From positions 1-42,371 of the IMG/VR virus record IMGVR_UViG_3300037339_000442: a stretch of DNA of 42,371 nucleotides, one strand, 5' to 3'. Every line of letters starts with the position of its first letter. Position 1 is the first letter of the stretch. The notes beneath the pieces were generated by a model that was not told the origin of the DNA, did no database searches, and saw only the letters and a program-made list of their open reading frames with translations. Shown here in pieces: positions 16,485 to 26,654 of the stretch. This DNA is from a virus. Lineage: Duplodnaviria > Caudoviricetes. The position numbers were made by a program, and so were the translations under genes.

Positions 16485-18196
16485 AACTCCACCGCCAAAT
16501 CCATCTCACCCGAGGCTTCATCGGGCTGGAGTGCGATAACCTGGACATCACAGTCGACTCCGGAAAATCCCGCATTGGGCAACTTTACTCGTACAATGTC
16601 TCCGGGTTCGATGTCTCCCCAGGGAAGGATATTATTGATCGTCAGGGGCAGAGTCTCGGGGGATGTGGTGGGCTTCCGAAGCATCGTAGAGGCGGCATCA
16701 CTAAGCACGGCCTCATCCTCATCCAAAGGAAAATACTCAACAAGCTCTCGGTTAAGAGCAAAACCGTAGTTTACTCCGATAGACGAGGCTGATTGAATGG
16801 CTCTTATGCGATCGGCTATCGCGCCAGTTCCTCCAACAGCAGCTGCAGCCGAGGCGGAGCCTAAGACATCCCGGATATACTCACTAGCAGTAAAATGGAC
16901 GCCCTCCTCTAGTACTACGTTGTGGCTCTTATCAAAGCCCCGCGTGCCCCAGTTGAGATAGACGCTGATCCGATTCCGTCTGACTATTTCCTCTAACCAC
17001 CAATCATCTCCGGTCTTATCGGAAAGTTCATCAAGAGCATCACCAAGTTTGGCATTGCTCGCATCAAAGGTACCCCGTACAGAACTTCCTGAGACCTTCG
17101 AGGGCAGGGGATAAACACCTGTGGGATTAGTGGAGTTCACAAGAGTCAGCATCTGCATGGCAATTCCGCCAGCAAGCTGGCCGGTAAATTTGCAATCTGC
17201 TGGAAGAGTACGGTCATAAAAGATACTACTCCGGTTGTCACCTGAGACCCGACAAACCCGGGCGGAGGGATTCTCTTCTATACGACCAATGAAACCTAGA
17301 TAGGGAGGACGCACCGCACGCGAGATAGTCACAGGCTCATCATCATAGAGGGCCGCGACCTGGGCAGCAGTGAGAGCTACAGGAAAAATAGCGATCTCAT
17401 CAAGCGACCCATTCCAAGGACCACTACCATCGTGGGGGTTCTTACCTATGAAAACGGGATTGCCCGATGCGAGGATAGTCGCATTCACCACACTACCTGT
17501 CCTGTCGATTGTATCGATATAGAGCTTAACTGTAGCTCCGCTCTTTGTAACCACGACCATATGGTAAGCCGTATCGGTAATTGTTATTGTCGAATCAACA
17601 ATAACACTGGACCACGTTTTCTGTAGCTGCAGGTAGTTTGTTGGCGTGATAAGAAAATTGTATCCTGGATTATCTCGGCAGCAGATAACTTGCGTCACTC
17701 CATTTGCAGCCTTCTTAACCCAAGCAACAATCGAAAAAACATCTCCGGTATCAACTGACACAGAGTTGGCCACCTCGAAATAGTCAGCGGCATCCCCGGG
17801 CAGTGAAATAGCCTTATCCGAGCTGGCCGGAAGAGCACCTGCTACTCCATAGGTGATAGCAGGACCATGCGCAATAGCTGTATTGCCATTTCCCGAGGAG
17901 TCCGCCAGATTCCCAGATGATTCTCCCATACGCCAGTAGGCTCCTGGGCTAAGAGCTAATACCGCCACGGCGTAGTCTGGACCCACAGATGGTTCGGGTT
18001 CCTCTTCTTGACTCCAGATAACAACTGTCCTACCCTCTTTTATCATATCAGCACGTATGCCGGGGTCATTAGAAGGCACCGAAAAAGAAAAAGCTCCTCG
18101 TCCCGATTTGGTATATAGACGATCGATATCGCCGGCTGTAGGCAGCTCAGCCAGCATCCGACCGTAATCATCATGCAGGGTTACTAAGGCTCTCAT
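16481..18196 (-). CDS. Tail tip/baseplate hub (Tal-like) protein with an inserted LamG/ConA-like lectin domain
   Basis: AYWRMGE...FSIVAWVK...YHMVVVT...VKLYID...GSLDEIAIF; position two genes after the tape measure. Confidence 0.75.
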   Translation of the reverse strand: MRALVTLHDDYGRMLAELPTAGDIDRLYTKSGRGAFSFSVPSNDPGIRADMIKEGRTVVIWSQEEEPEPSVGPDYAVAVLALSPGAYWRMGESSGNLADSSGNGNTAIAHGPAITYGVAGALPASSDKAISLPGDAADYFEVANSVSVDTGDVFSIVAWVKKAANGVTQVICCRDNPGYNFLITPTNYLQLQKTWSSVIVDSTITITDTAYHMVVVTKSGATVKLYIDTIDRTGSVVNATILASGNPVFIGKNPHDGSGPWNGSLDEIAIFPVALTAAQVAALYDDEPVTISRAVRPPYLGFIGRIEENPSARVCRVSGDNRSSIFYDRTLPADCKFTGQLAGGIAMQMLTLVNSTNPTGVYPLPSKVSGSSVRGTFDASNAKLGDALDELSDKTGDDWWLEEIVRRNRISVYLNWGTRGFDKSHNVVLEEGVHFTASEYIRDVLGSASAAAAVGGTGAIADRIRAIQSASSIGVNYGFALNRELVEYFPLDEDEAVLSDAASTMLRKPTTSPETLPLTINNILPWGDIEPGDIVRVKLPNAGFSGVDCDVQVIALQPDEASGEMDLAVEL

Positions 18197-20616
18197 GCGA
18201 ATGCGTCCTGATAGCTGATTCCTATGAGAACTGTGCCGATTCCAGATTCGGTATAGCGGAGACTATTCGCCGCAGCAATGAACCACATCCAGTTAATGAT
18301 GTCGGTCGGAGTGATCAATCCAGAAATGCTCTCGCCAGTATCGTTCCTGATGACCGTATGAGCTAGGGTATTGACTGTGATAATAGTATTCAGCGGTACC
18401 GGGATGCCCATAAAGGTAAGAGTCTGCCCAGAAGTATCATTCTTGGCGGCTCCTCGCAGCATGTAGATAGTCTCCTGTGGAGATATGAAAATAAGAGGTG
18501 TGCGAGGTGTTGTGTTGTCGAAGGTTATCTCAATATTGTCAAACTCGGCCTCAGCAGCAGAAGCAGCCGGGACTTCGGGCTGACAGATTGAGCCGTCGCC
18601 GAGGATACGGAACCAGTTACCATATATCGCGTCTTGAGTCCATACCCCCGCACCACCCATCAGACCCGATGTCCAGGCTTCTCCCTTCGCATAAGTACGA
18701 TAACCTTGAGACCAATAGATAAGAGCCGCTGAGGCCGTTCGTTTCAATGTGATAAAGTAGTGTCCTGCTGATAGTCTCACGGGAGCTGGAAAAAAGCAAG
18801 TATGTATGCCGAAACTGCTCGCACTAATATCCGCAGCTGCAGCTAACTGGGCCTGATAGACCCAATTCCAAGTAACCGTATCAGGATCACCCGTGCCGGA
18901 ATATTCGCCAAGGGAGGCTACGACATTTCCGTCCGCTCCGGCTGTTTTCTTTAGCTCAACACTAACTCCATAAACCCAGCATTCTTGGTCAAGAGTGAAA
19001 CTTTGTGCTCTCTCATAATCTACGGGTCCAACAACAACAGTTCCTCCAGGAGTATGCTCTTGCGCTGTAAGTGTTCTCACCATCGTTGCGTATCGAATTC
19101 TCTGTAGCACGGAAGTAGGTGTGATTTGCTTATTCACTCCATCAGTAACGGGGTTATACTCCGCCAACAGGGATTCGTTGCCGTCTAGGTCGGAACCGTA
19201 GACGCGAGCTAATATATTCTCGGCCACTGTTACATCTTGCTCCAGCGCTGCGGCGGCGGCTTTGATACCACAAGGACAATATAAGCTGACGCCGTTGCAC
19301 TTGGGCTGCCCCGCGGCAGGTATGCTATCGATGAACTTCAGAACGGTGCCTGTGTCATTTACTCGCATGGGAGAAAACCCCGAGCCTTCCTCGCGGGGAT
19401 CAATTATCACCTGACCAACTCGCAGTGGAGTTGCTCGGGTTATCTGCGGTCCAGGGCGTGCATGGTAGAGATTTGTTGAAGTAGCCAGGTTAATCACCGG
19501 CCTGGTCAATGTCGAGTCAGGAGGAGCGCCTGCCGAGGCATTATCGCTTATGATCTGTATATCATGCTCCTTCCACAAACCCACCGTAGTGATGGGATGG
19601 GAGGCGGCGGTCGTGTTGCAAGCCCCGCGTTGCTGGACTCGAATAGCGGTGAGAGTCTTATTATCGTACCTGATACACTCAGTACCGAAGACGATAATTC
19701 CTGATGGAGGCAATCCTGACGTCCCGAGAATGTTCGACAGCTCAATCCACTCACCAACTCCCGGGCTGGAAGAGCTTGCCATTGCCACGGCGTTTGTAAC
19801 TGCCACCATCGGCTTATGGATAGGCCATATCCAGATATAATCGGCCGCGAGGGTTGTATCTATCTCGCGGGGAACTTCCTCGCCATCGACTAATACTCTG
19901 AGATCATTTCCATTAGCGAGCAGTCTCGCAGCCGAGTATTCAGCTGAGAGATCAATGAAACCTGTACCTCCCACAGGATTAAGGTTTATGGGGTAGCCAC
20001 ACCCGTTGGAATCTACTCCAGCGAACTCAGACTGCCAGCAGAAGATAATCTGCCAGCGGTGCAGATAATCTATGGCATGAGACTTAGCAACCGTGGGTTG
20101 GAAAGTAAGATTAGGCCATGTACGTTTACTTCCGACCGGAGTCTCACTCCAGGTCTTCGGACTGGAAGTAGCCGTCTGTGAATGACTAACTGGAGTATCA
20201 TTCAAGAATATGGGATGCGCGATATAGAGACGGATGACAAAAGTGTCGGCGATGTTCTTTTTCGCCCGGTGGTCTATGACCTTTGCGGTTACTTCATATG
20301 TGATGGGAGTAGTGGAACCATCGATCGCCTTGAAGACTACATCTCCCGAATCCGAGTCAAAGAGAATCTTAAAAGCATCGAGCTGGGCTTGCGTTACTCC
20401 CACTCCTGGTGCAGGAATAATTCGCACATACAATGGCATGATGAGACTTTGGGGTTGAGAACCAGACGAGGTGGGGAAAGTTCCCTCCACTACAGTCTCC
20501 ACCGGCTCCGCTGTAACAAGACAGAATGGGTCAATTTCCCGCTCGAACCAGGAAGAGTAGGCGGCGCTGTTGAGTAGAGTGCCGTTAATGGAGTATGGAA
20601 TCAGCTTATACGTCAT
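18193..20616 (-). CDS. Large distal-tail (Dit-like) protein
   Basis: Directly follows the tape measure gene; beta-rich; ends ...NSLRY...ISYQDAFA as Dit proteins typically do. Confidence 0.6.
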   Translation of the reverse strand: MTYKLIPYSINGTLLNSAAYSSWFEREIDPFCLVTAEPVETVVEGTFPTSSGSQPQSLIMPLYVRIIPAPGVGVTQAQLDAFKILFDSDSGDVVFKAIDGSTTPITYEVTAKVIDHRAKKNIADTFVIRLYIAHPIFLNDTPVSHSQTATSSPKTWSETPVGSKRTWPNLTFQPTVAKSHAIDYLHRWQIIFCWQSEFAGVDSNGCGYPINLNPVGGTGFIDLSAEYSAARLLANGNDLRVLVDGEEVPREIDTTLAADYIWIWPIHKPMVAVTNAVAMASSSSPGVGEWIELSNILGTSGLPPSGIIVFGTECIRYDNKTLTAIRVQQRGACNTTAASHPITTVGLWKEHDIQIISDNASAGAPPDSTLTRPVINLATSTNLYHARPGPQITRATPLRVGQVIIDPREEGSGFSPMRVNDTGTVLKFIDSIPAAGQPKCNGVSLYCPCGIKAAAAALEQDVTVAENILARVYGSDLDGNESLLAEYNPVTDGVNKQITPTSVLQRIRYATMVRTLTAQEHTPGGTVVVGPVDYERAQSFTLDQECWVYGVSVELKKTAGADGNVVASLGEYSGTGDPDTVTWNWVYQAQLAAAADISASSFGIHTCFFPAPVRLSAGHYFITLKRTASAALIYWSQGYRTYAKGEAWTSGLMGGAGVWTQDAIYGNWFRILGDGSICQPEVPAASAAEAEFDNIEITFDNTTPRTPLIFISPQETIYMLRGAAKNDTSGQTLTFMGIPVPLNTIITVNTLAHTVIRNDTGESISGLITPTDIINWMWFIAAANSLRYTESGIGTVLIGISYQDAFA

Positions 20617-20643
20617 TGACTAACTCCTACCTGACAAAGTCGC

Positions 20644-22860
20644 CTAGAATCCTCGGAACAGTCTGTCGGTCTCCTTCAGTGCCGTGCGTGGATCAGACTT
20701 GGGGAAGACATTGCTGATGCGCCCGAAGTTATTGATTATGGTTCCCCCGCTAGACTGGCCTGGCCTCGATACAACTTCCCCCGCCTCCAGGTGGTAAAGT
20801 CCGGTATAGGCGGCGACTCCACCGTGCTGCATGGACGACACTTCGCCACTTGCTAGACTATTGAACCATCGGATCGTATCCTGCAGACTTATGGCCATAA
20901 AGAATAATTGCTTGTTGACAGCAGCCGCCGTCTGGGAAAGTGGTCCCATCTGATCAATGAGATTACGAGCTGCCCACTCCTGAGCCGCATCGGTCAGAAG
21001 GGTGTGGTCGGCCATCACCTGCAAATCCTTCATCACCTCTATATTCGCTTCACGCACGTCCATTTCTCGCCGAATGGAGTCTATCTGCGTGTCTATTTTG
21101 TCGATAGCCTCTTGCTCTTTTTCACTGACATCACCGCCGGCTCTCTCCACCAACTTAGCTCGTTTCAGTTTGAGCTGGTCAAGATCAAACTTTAAGAGTA
21201 TGCCCTCTTCTGTGGGCTTTGAAAAGAGGTTATTGAATGAATCATATAAATCATTAACGGCGTCATTCGCATCTTTAGCCTGGTCCTGAAGATTGCTCAG
21301 GGCATCCAGGGCTTCGATCCTTGCGCCAAACTCTTCTGCGGCTAAACCGCTTCGGGCCCAAACGTCGACCAAATCCTCCAGACTCATATCAAGGGCGATC
21401 GCTTTATCAGTTAGCCAAGCGGCAGCATTCTGGCACTCTATCTGAGATTGTATGAATTGTTCGCCGGTGATACCAGCTGCTGTGAGAGAGTACATAAGAG
21501 CGAGAAGACTCTGTTGCTCGGCTGTGAGCTGCTCTGTTGCGTCTATGGCAGTCCCGCCGAGTTGGGCATTCGCCGCTGCGACGGCTTCCAGGTATTTCCG
21601 TACCGCCTCAGCATCCTCTAATCTTGTCTTCTCCCTTCCAAACCACTCGTACTCCCACATTGGCGGGAATCCTGCGCCTACTACGACCGGCTTCGCGAGC
21701 TTCGCCCACCCAGCCTCAAACTCAGCTCGTTCCTCTGGCGTCATCGGCGAGGGTTGTGGTCCCTTCCGCTCTTTTAGTTGGTCTTCTTCATAGCCGAAAC
21801 CTAGACCGATAGACTTTAAGCGATCATTCGCCCACCCGACTGCTCCGACATAATCTCCTATTACACTTTTACCACCCACGAACATCTCTGAGACGCCGCG
21901 AAGCGCCAGGGAAAGTAATGGCAGGGTCTCCACGCCTAGCTCATTTAGCTTGATTTCCAGACCGGTAAGAGCCGAGTTATAGTCAATTGCCAGGCTAGTG
22001 GCGTCCTTCGCGGCTAAACTAGACTCTTCTGTCTGCCGTGTCGCAGTCTCCATCACCTCAGAGTAGTTCGCGATTAGTGGTAAGATAGCACTACCAGCTC
22101 GGCCGAAGAGCTGGGTGGCAAGTTGAACAGCCTCTTCTTTATCAGCCATTGTACCGAGCTTATTCAATATATCGGGGAGAATAATCCCCATCGAGATCAT
22201 CTCCCCATTAGTATCTCGGAACTCCACCCCGAGCTTCGCCAGGGCCATGGTAAGATTGCTGGAAACTTCCTTTCCATTCTGCATCTGGAGTACAACAGAT
22301 GCGAGCTTCCTCTCTAGCATGTAACCCATCGTAAGTAGACGATCGCTGCTAGCGCCAACATCGCTGAGAGCATTACTATACAGCTCAGCATCGTATGCGC
22401 TCATGCCCAACACGGCTTGAATCTTCATCATCCCGGTGGCCCAGTTAGCGCCAAAAGCGCCCAAGGCTCCCACAGCAGTAACAACCGTGGCAGCCATTCC
22501 CAGGAAGCCGGCGGCTCCCGCATCAAGCCCACCTGCTAGATCAGTGAGCCCGCCGGTTACTATTCCTAACCCAGAATGTAGCCCACCGAGACTGCTCGCT
22601 AGATCATTAACACCAGTCCCAGCCTCATTTGCACCGACGCCCACAAACTGCGCTTCATTAGCTGCCGCAGACAGTCCCTCTGCGGCAGCGTCTCCAGACG
22701 ACCCAACAGCGTCCAGCGCAGACTGAGTACCCTCTAATGCTGAGGAGTCAACACTCTCTAACGATCCTTTAAGCGCATCAAGGGCATCTTGAGTATCAGA
22801 GAGAGCCTGTTGAGCACCGGAGGAATCGCCCTCAATCTCAAGCGATAGGTCCATCACCAT
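20644..22860 (-). CDS. Tape measure protein
   Basis: Long Ala/Leu-rich helical ORF with LAKLGV, QLFGRAG and C-terminal HGG...LEAGEVV motifs; follows the chaperone. Confidence 0.9.
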   Translation of the reverse strand: MVMDLSLEIEGDSSGAQQALSDTQDALDALKGSLESVDSSALEGTQSALDAVGSSGDAAAEGLSAAANEAQFVGVGANEAGTGVNDLASSLGGLHSGLGIVTGGLTDLAGGLDAGAAGFLGMAATVVTAVGALGAFGANWATGMMKIQAVLGMSAYDAELYSNALSDVGASSDRLLTMGYMLERKLASVVLQMQNGKEVSSNLTMALAKLGVEFRDTNGEMISMGIILPDILNKLGTMADKEEAVQLATQLFGRAGSAILPLIANYSEVMETATRQTEESSLAAKDATSLAIDYNSALTGLEIKLNELGVETLPLLSLALRGVSEMFVGGKSVIGDYVGAVGWANDRLKSIGLGFGYEEDQLKERKGPQPSPMTPEERAEFEAGWAKLAKPVVVGAGFPPMWEYEWFGREKTRLEDAEAVRKYLEAVAAANAQLGGTAIDATEQLTAEQQSLLALMYSLTAAGITGEQFIQSQIECQNAAAWLTDKAIALDMSLEDLVDVWARSGLAAEEFGARIEALDALSNLQDQAKDANDAVNDLYDSFNNLFSKPTEEGILLKFDLDQLKLKRAKLVERAGGDVSEKEQEAIDKIDTQIDSIRREMDVREANIEVMKDLQVMADHTLLTDAAQEWAARNLIDQMGPLSQTAAAVNKQLFFMAISLQDTIRWFNSLASGEVSSMQHGGVAAYTGLYHLEAGEVVSRPGQSSGGTIINNFGRISNVFPKSDPRTALKETDRLFRGF

Positions 22861-22864
22861 CTTA

Positions 22865-23113
22865 TCACCAACCTCGGGCCGCTACATCGTTTAATCCGTG
22901 CTCACACGTTCTCGCCGCCTCTTGGCCAGCTAGGAAGAGAGTCCGATACTTTTCCATCGTTACTCCAGGAACACGAACTTGTTCTAAGGCGTTAATTCCT
23001 GTCCGCTCATATACCCAGCGGATAAATGCTGCCTCGATCACCTCGCTTGGCGGCGGCGAGACCCCACCACTGAAGTAGGCGACGAGCCTTCCACGCTCGT
23101 CGTCCGTACTCGT
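22865..23113 (-). CDS. -1 frameshift extension of the tail assembly chaperone (gpGT equivalent)
   Basis: The -1 frame is open for 82 codons (TSTDDERGR...AARGW) and stops 4 nt before the tape measure start. Confidence 0.85.
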   Translation of the reverse strand, partial: TSTDDERGRLVAYFSGGVSPPPSEVIEAAFIRWVYERTGINALEQVRVPGVTMEKYRTLFLAGQEAARTCEHGLNDVAARGW

Positions 23114-23421
23114 AAAGGGTTCAATCTGTCGACCTCGGCGATCAGTTCCACATAACTCTGAGAATCAATCCTGGCGACAGTATCGTCCTCGATCGGTACT
23201 GGTTCACCATTGTGGATATGCGACCAGGCTACTATTGCGCGGCGAACACGCATGAAGTCCAGGGTTCCAACCTCAACCTGCGTAGACGCACCGAGGTGAA
23301 CGGATGCGTTTCTTGCGGCCATGTTGTCGCCCGCCGATAGTGGCCTAAGTTTGTACCACTCATCTGGCGCGCTCTTGGGCCGAAACTCCATCGGTTCGAC
23401 ATCATCCCAAATTAGGGACAT
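23038..23421 (-). CDS. Tail assembly chaperone (gpG equivalent)
   Basis: Between the tail tube and tape measure genes; AAGGAGG RBS before ATG 23421. Confidence 0.85.
   Translation of the reverse strand: MSLIWDDVEPMEFRPKSAPDEWYKLRPLSAGDNMAARNASVHLGASTQVEVGTLDFMRVRRAIVAWSHIHNGEPVPIEDDTVARIDSQSYVELIAEVDRLNPLRVRTTSVEGSSPTSVVGSRRRQAR
23113..23119 (-). other. Programmed -1 frameshift slippery site C CCT TTA
   Basis: In-frame X XXY YYZ heptamer near the 3' end of the chaperone gene. Confidence 0.85.
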
Positions 23422-23461
23422 GATCACTACCTCCTTCAGATATATTCTATACCGACTTGAT

Positions 23462-24469
23462 CTAGAGCAGGTCAGTAGCCGCGCTCTTGCAGACCATATC
23501 TAGGAAGTTGGTCGCATCAGTTGATCCCTCTAGTTTGAGGGTGATGAGCTGTAGGCCGTCCTTCTCACTGTCGGGGAAGATACTGCCCTCACTGTACTTC
23601 ATCAGATTCCGGAACTGGAGCGAGCGGTTCGCATTGATGGTGGATAAGATAGTGATCTGACGAAGCGTAGCTGCCTCAGCCGCCGTCTTTTCTGTTGCCC
23701 AGACTCCGCCGGCCTTCGCCAGCAACTGAATCTCCACTGAAGTCTTTACAGCCTCCACGTTTAGCTCGTCCATGGAGAAGTCGAGGTCAGAACGGGAGTC
23801 CGCGGTGGCCAGTGGGTTCACTCCTGTCTCGATGACGAACTTCCAGCCGAGGACAGCCAACGCTACCACCGTGGTCGGCGTCATCCAGGAGCCATCGATG
23901 TAGATGGCCGTATTGGACATAGCCGGCATGTCCATAGTCGGCAAAGACAGACCTGCCGTGAAGGCACCATCCGCTATCAGTCTGCGAGCAAACCCCTCCA
24001 GCGAGAACATTACAGGGGAGTTTTCCTTGGCCGAGACTTCCAGCTTCGTCGCCATCGCGTAGGCGGCCTTCCAGTCGCTCGGAGTCGTCCCGTCTGTTAG
24101 TCGATAGGAGAGACTGCGGGACTTGAGCAGAGGATCAGCCGTCGCGTTGCGCGTCGCTGTCCATATCCAGTTAGGAGTCGTTCCGGTCTTTACGGGTGTT
24201 CCATTTACGACCATGCCCATGTAGTAGTGCATTTGGTCCATCATGACGGGGCCGCCGACCTGCCAGTTGATTCCTCGGCTTATAGGAAACTCCCCGCCCT
24301 GATTAGCTAGCAGAGAGCCAATCACTAGCTTAGGCCGATAGAGTTTATCCTGGGGCATGATCTTCAATGTCTCGAAGACGTGCCTAACCGTCTTCGCTCC
24401 AGGATCGGTTCCCTTGGTGGCCTCCAGTACAGACTGGAGGATGGATGACTGTGATCTGTAAGTGGCCAT
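23462..24469 (-). CDS. Major tail tube protein
   Basis: Size, Thr/Ala-rich beta composition, position before the chaperone. Confidence 0.75.
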   Translation of the reverse strand: MATYRSQSSILQSVLEATKGTDPGAKTVRHVFETLKIMPQDKLYRPKLVIGSLLANQGGEFPISRGINWQVGGPVMMDQMHYYMGMVVNGTPVKTGTTPNWIWTATRNATADPLLKSRSLSYRLTDGTTPSDWKAAYAMATKLEVSAKENSPVMFSLEGFARRLIADGAFTAGLSLPTMDMPAMSNTAIYIDGSWMTPTTVVALAVLGWKFVIETGVNPLATADSRSDLDFSMDELNVEAVKTSVEIQLLAKAGGVWATEKTAAEAATLRQITILSTINANRSLQFRNLMKYSEGSIFPDSEKDGLQLITLKLEGSTDATNFLDMVCKSAATDLL

Positions 24470-24474
24470 ATGAA

Positions 24475-24675
24475 CTATTCCTCCCGCTCTTCAGGCGCCT
24501 CCGAGGTAGTCGGAGCATTCTTTACATGCTTGTAAACTGGAGAACGTTTGAGGCTGCCCTTTTGATCATCCGAGAAGCCTCGGTCATACTCCTCGCAGAC
24601 AGCCTCAAACTCCTCATCCTCCATATCTCTTGGCGGGACTCCGGGGATAACCCCTGGCCCGATATACTTCCACAT
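24475..24675 (-). CDS. Small hypothetical protein of the tail operon
   Basis: KYIGPGVIPGVPPRD; overlapping start/stop. Confidence 0.65.
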   Translation of the reverse strand: MWKYIGPGVIPGVPPRDMEDEEFEAVCEEYDRGFSDDQKGSLKRSPVYKHVKNAPTTSEAPEEREE

Positions 24676-25187
24676 TATCCGGCCTCCTGAACTTGTATCT
24701 CAACTCGAACACCGCAGGCAGCAACAACCTGGGACGATCCTTTCCGACGAGTTGCTCCGGCAAAGTCTATCAACTCCTGCGGCCATCGTATTTGGTAGGT
24801 AGCGCCTGCACCATCTGTGAAACCTCCGGCAGTTTCAGCCGTTCGCAGAAGCTCTATGATAGCACGAGCATATCGGTAAACCTGCTTCCGCAGATTGGCT
24901 TTTTCCTCTCCGGAATCACTGTCATCCATGACAGTACAGATGATGGTTATCGGATGGGTTGTTCCGATATATCCGCCTCCGATTGCGTGGATGCGAGTCC
25001 TGTCGCAGAGGACTTCTATCACAGGGAAGGCTTCGGCCTCCAGAATCTCAGTGGTATTGAAGCTGGCGGGCATCGTAAGAAGAGTGTCCCCATACTCCGT
25101 ATTCAATGCCGCGACCTTCGCCGCAAAGTTGGTGCCCAGGTACGTTACCAGGGCCGCCACAGCTCCTTCAGCCATTTTGAGAGTCAT
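24675..25187 (-). CDS. Tail terminator-like protein
   Basis: FPVIEV motif and gene order. Confidence 0.6.
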   Translation of the reverse strand: MTLKMAEGAVAALVTYLGTNFAAKVAALNTEYGDTLLTMPASFNTTEILEAEAFPVIEVLCDRTRIHAIGGGYIGTTHPITIICTVMDDSDSGEEKANLRKQVYRYARAIIELLRTAETAGGFTDGAGATYQIRWPQELIDFAGATRRKGSSQVVAACGVRVEIQVQEAG

Positions 25188-25188
25188 A

Positions 25189-25668
25189 CTACAAGCTCGC
25201 TCCGCTATTGCTCCTAACAAGGTTTACCAGATGTCGTTGTACCGCGCGGGCGATCTCCTGCTGGTTCTCATAGGTTAGGTCAATCGCCTTGCGCTGCGGC
25301 ATCTTGCTGGTTCCCATCTGGTGAAAGATTCCATAGAAGACTGTCGACCCTATCCCCAATCGCATGGGACTTATCTGGACCTGTGATCCGTCTCCTCCGG
25401 TGAGAGATTCTCGCAGTGCTCCCGTCCGCTCCAGGATAGGTGTCCCATAGTGTATGGCCTTCCACGCGGCATATTGCGGGCTGAGTGGTTGCCACAGGCC
25501 AGACTCTCCTGAGCTACCCTCTGAGTCGAACAACTCGCCTTCGACTTGCCAGAAGTAGTCTCGTATATCCTCCCAGGCGGGAGTGAGATCGGACACGCCT
25601 TCTGTAAATCGCTGAATAGCGAAGTCAACCTGCTTATCTCCCAAGACAGAGAAGGTAAGTCGGATCAT
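25189..25668 (-). CDS. Virion morphogenesis/tail completion protein (Mu gpG-like)
   Basis: WQPLS...ILERTGALRES...IGS...HQMGT.KMPQR motifs. Confidence 0.85.
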   Translation of the reverse strand: MIRLTFSVLGDKQVDFAIQRFTEGVSDLTPAWEDIRDYFWQVEGELFDSEGSSGESGLWQPLSPQYAAWKAIHYGTPILERTGALRESLTGGDGSQVQISPMRLGIGSTVFYGIFHQMGTSKMPQRKAIDLTYENQQEIARAVQRHLVNLVRSNSGASL

Positions 25669-26153
25669 CAGAACTCCCGCAAGTCTCGACTCATACTGAA
25701 GGCAGGCTGCTGTCCGTCGCCTGTCCCATCCTCGTATGGGTCGTTGTCGGGATTCGCGGTTTGGTACGTTTCGGCATAGACGCTACTGGCTGAGCCGGCG
25801 GTGGCTGGGTCTATGGCAGAGCCATCCTTCAGCGATTTGAGTCCGTCTTGGTATATTCGCCACAGAGCCTGTCCGTGAGGAGTGGAGGCAGGACCGACAT
25901 CTGCTTCAGGGAACTTTCCCATCTCAGTCAAGGCCGCTGCACCGCGGGCGTTCAAGCCTTTGAGGAAAGCAAGGAAGCTCGCGGGAGCTGTAGCCGGAGT
26001 GGCAATTCCCCTCGCCGATAGCACAGTATCTATCTCTCCGGCGATCTGATCTATCAGGAGAGTTACTTGAGCATCTGTCGGTCTCGTCCCGGCGGCGTAG
26101 GTTCCTCGCAAGGGATTCAGAGCCTGAACATCCGCTATCGCACAGTACGCCAT
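25668..26153 (-). CDS. Head-tail adaptor (Mu gp36-like)
   Basis: MAYC..ADV, EIDTVL..RG, LKSLKDG; gene order. Confidence 0.7.
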   Translation of the reverse strand: MAYCAIADVQALNPLRGTYAAGTRPTDAQVTLLIDQIAGEIDTVLSARGIATPATAPASFLAFLKGLNARGAAALTEMGKFPEADVGPASTPHGQALWRIYQDGLKSLKDGSAIDPATAGSASSVYAETYQTANPDNDPYEDGTGDGQQPAFSMSRDLREF

Positions 26154-26185
26154 AATCCCACTCCTCTAACTCCGGCTATTGCGGT

Positions 26186-26530
26186 TTATTCGCTGCGGGC
26201 AGTCCTCCGTATGGTTACTCCGCCGCCGGATTCCTCCCCACTTGCGGCTTCATCAGGACTCGGAGGGCTATCCTCTTCGTCTTCGCTCGTCTCCTCTTCA
26301 TCCTGGGCAGGTGGGGCTTCCTCTTCGAGTGGCCTCTGACGCCAGTGCCAGGCTCCCGAACCTTCCACCACTCGATCGCACGTGGCCATTACGCCTGCGG
26401 CATAGGGATGGGGATACTCGATGTCGATCGTGTCATCGTCCCGGTTGACGGAGAGAATCTTCGCTTCTACTTCATTCCCGGATGTTCCATCTACGAATAG
26501 AACGATCTCACCCTTCTTTGTTTTGGACAT
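26186..26530 (-). CDS. Hypothetical protein with acidic C-terminus
   Basis: AGGAG RBS before MSKTKK (26530). Confidence 0.65.
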   Translation of the reverse strand: MSKTKKGEIVLFVDGTSGNEVEAKILSVNRDDDTIDIEYPHPYAAGVMATCDRVVEGSGAWHWRQRPLEEEAPPAQDEEETSEDEEDSPPSPDEAASGEESGGGVTIRRTARSE

Positions 26531-26550
26531 CTCATATACTCCTGTATTCT

Positions 26551-26638
26551 CTGGACAGCCGACGCCATCCCTCCGGTCGGGCAATCGCTGGTGGCGAGGT
26601 GGTTTACGCTCCTCCCCGGTGCGACGTCGGCTGTCCAG
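26551..26638. repeat. 14-bp perfect inverted repeat enclosing 60 nt, downstream of the capsid gene
   Basis: ctggacagccgacg (26551-26564) pairs with cgtcggctgtccag (26625-26638). Confidence 0.8.
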
Positions 26639-26654
26639 TAACTCCTTTCGATCA

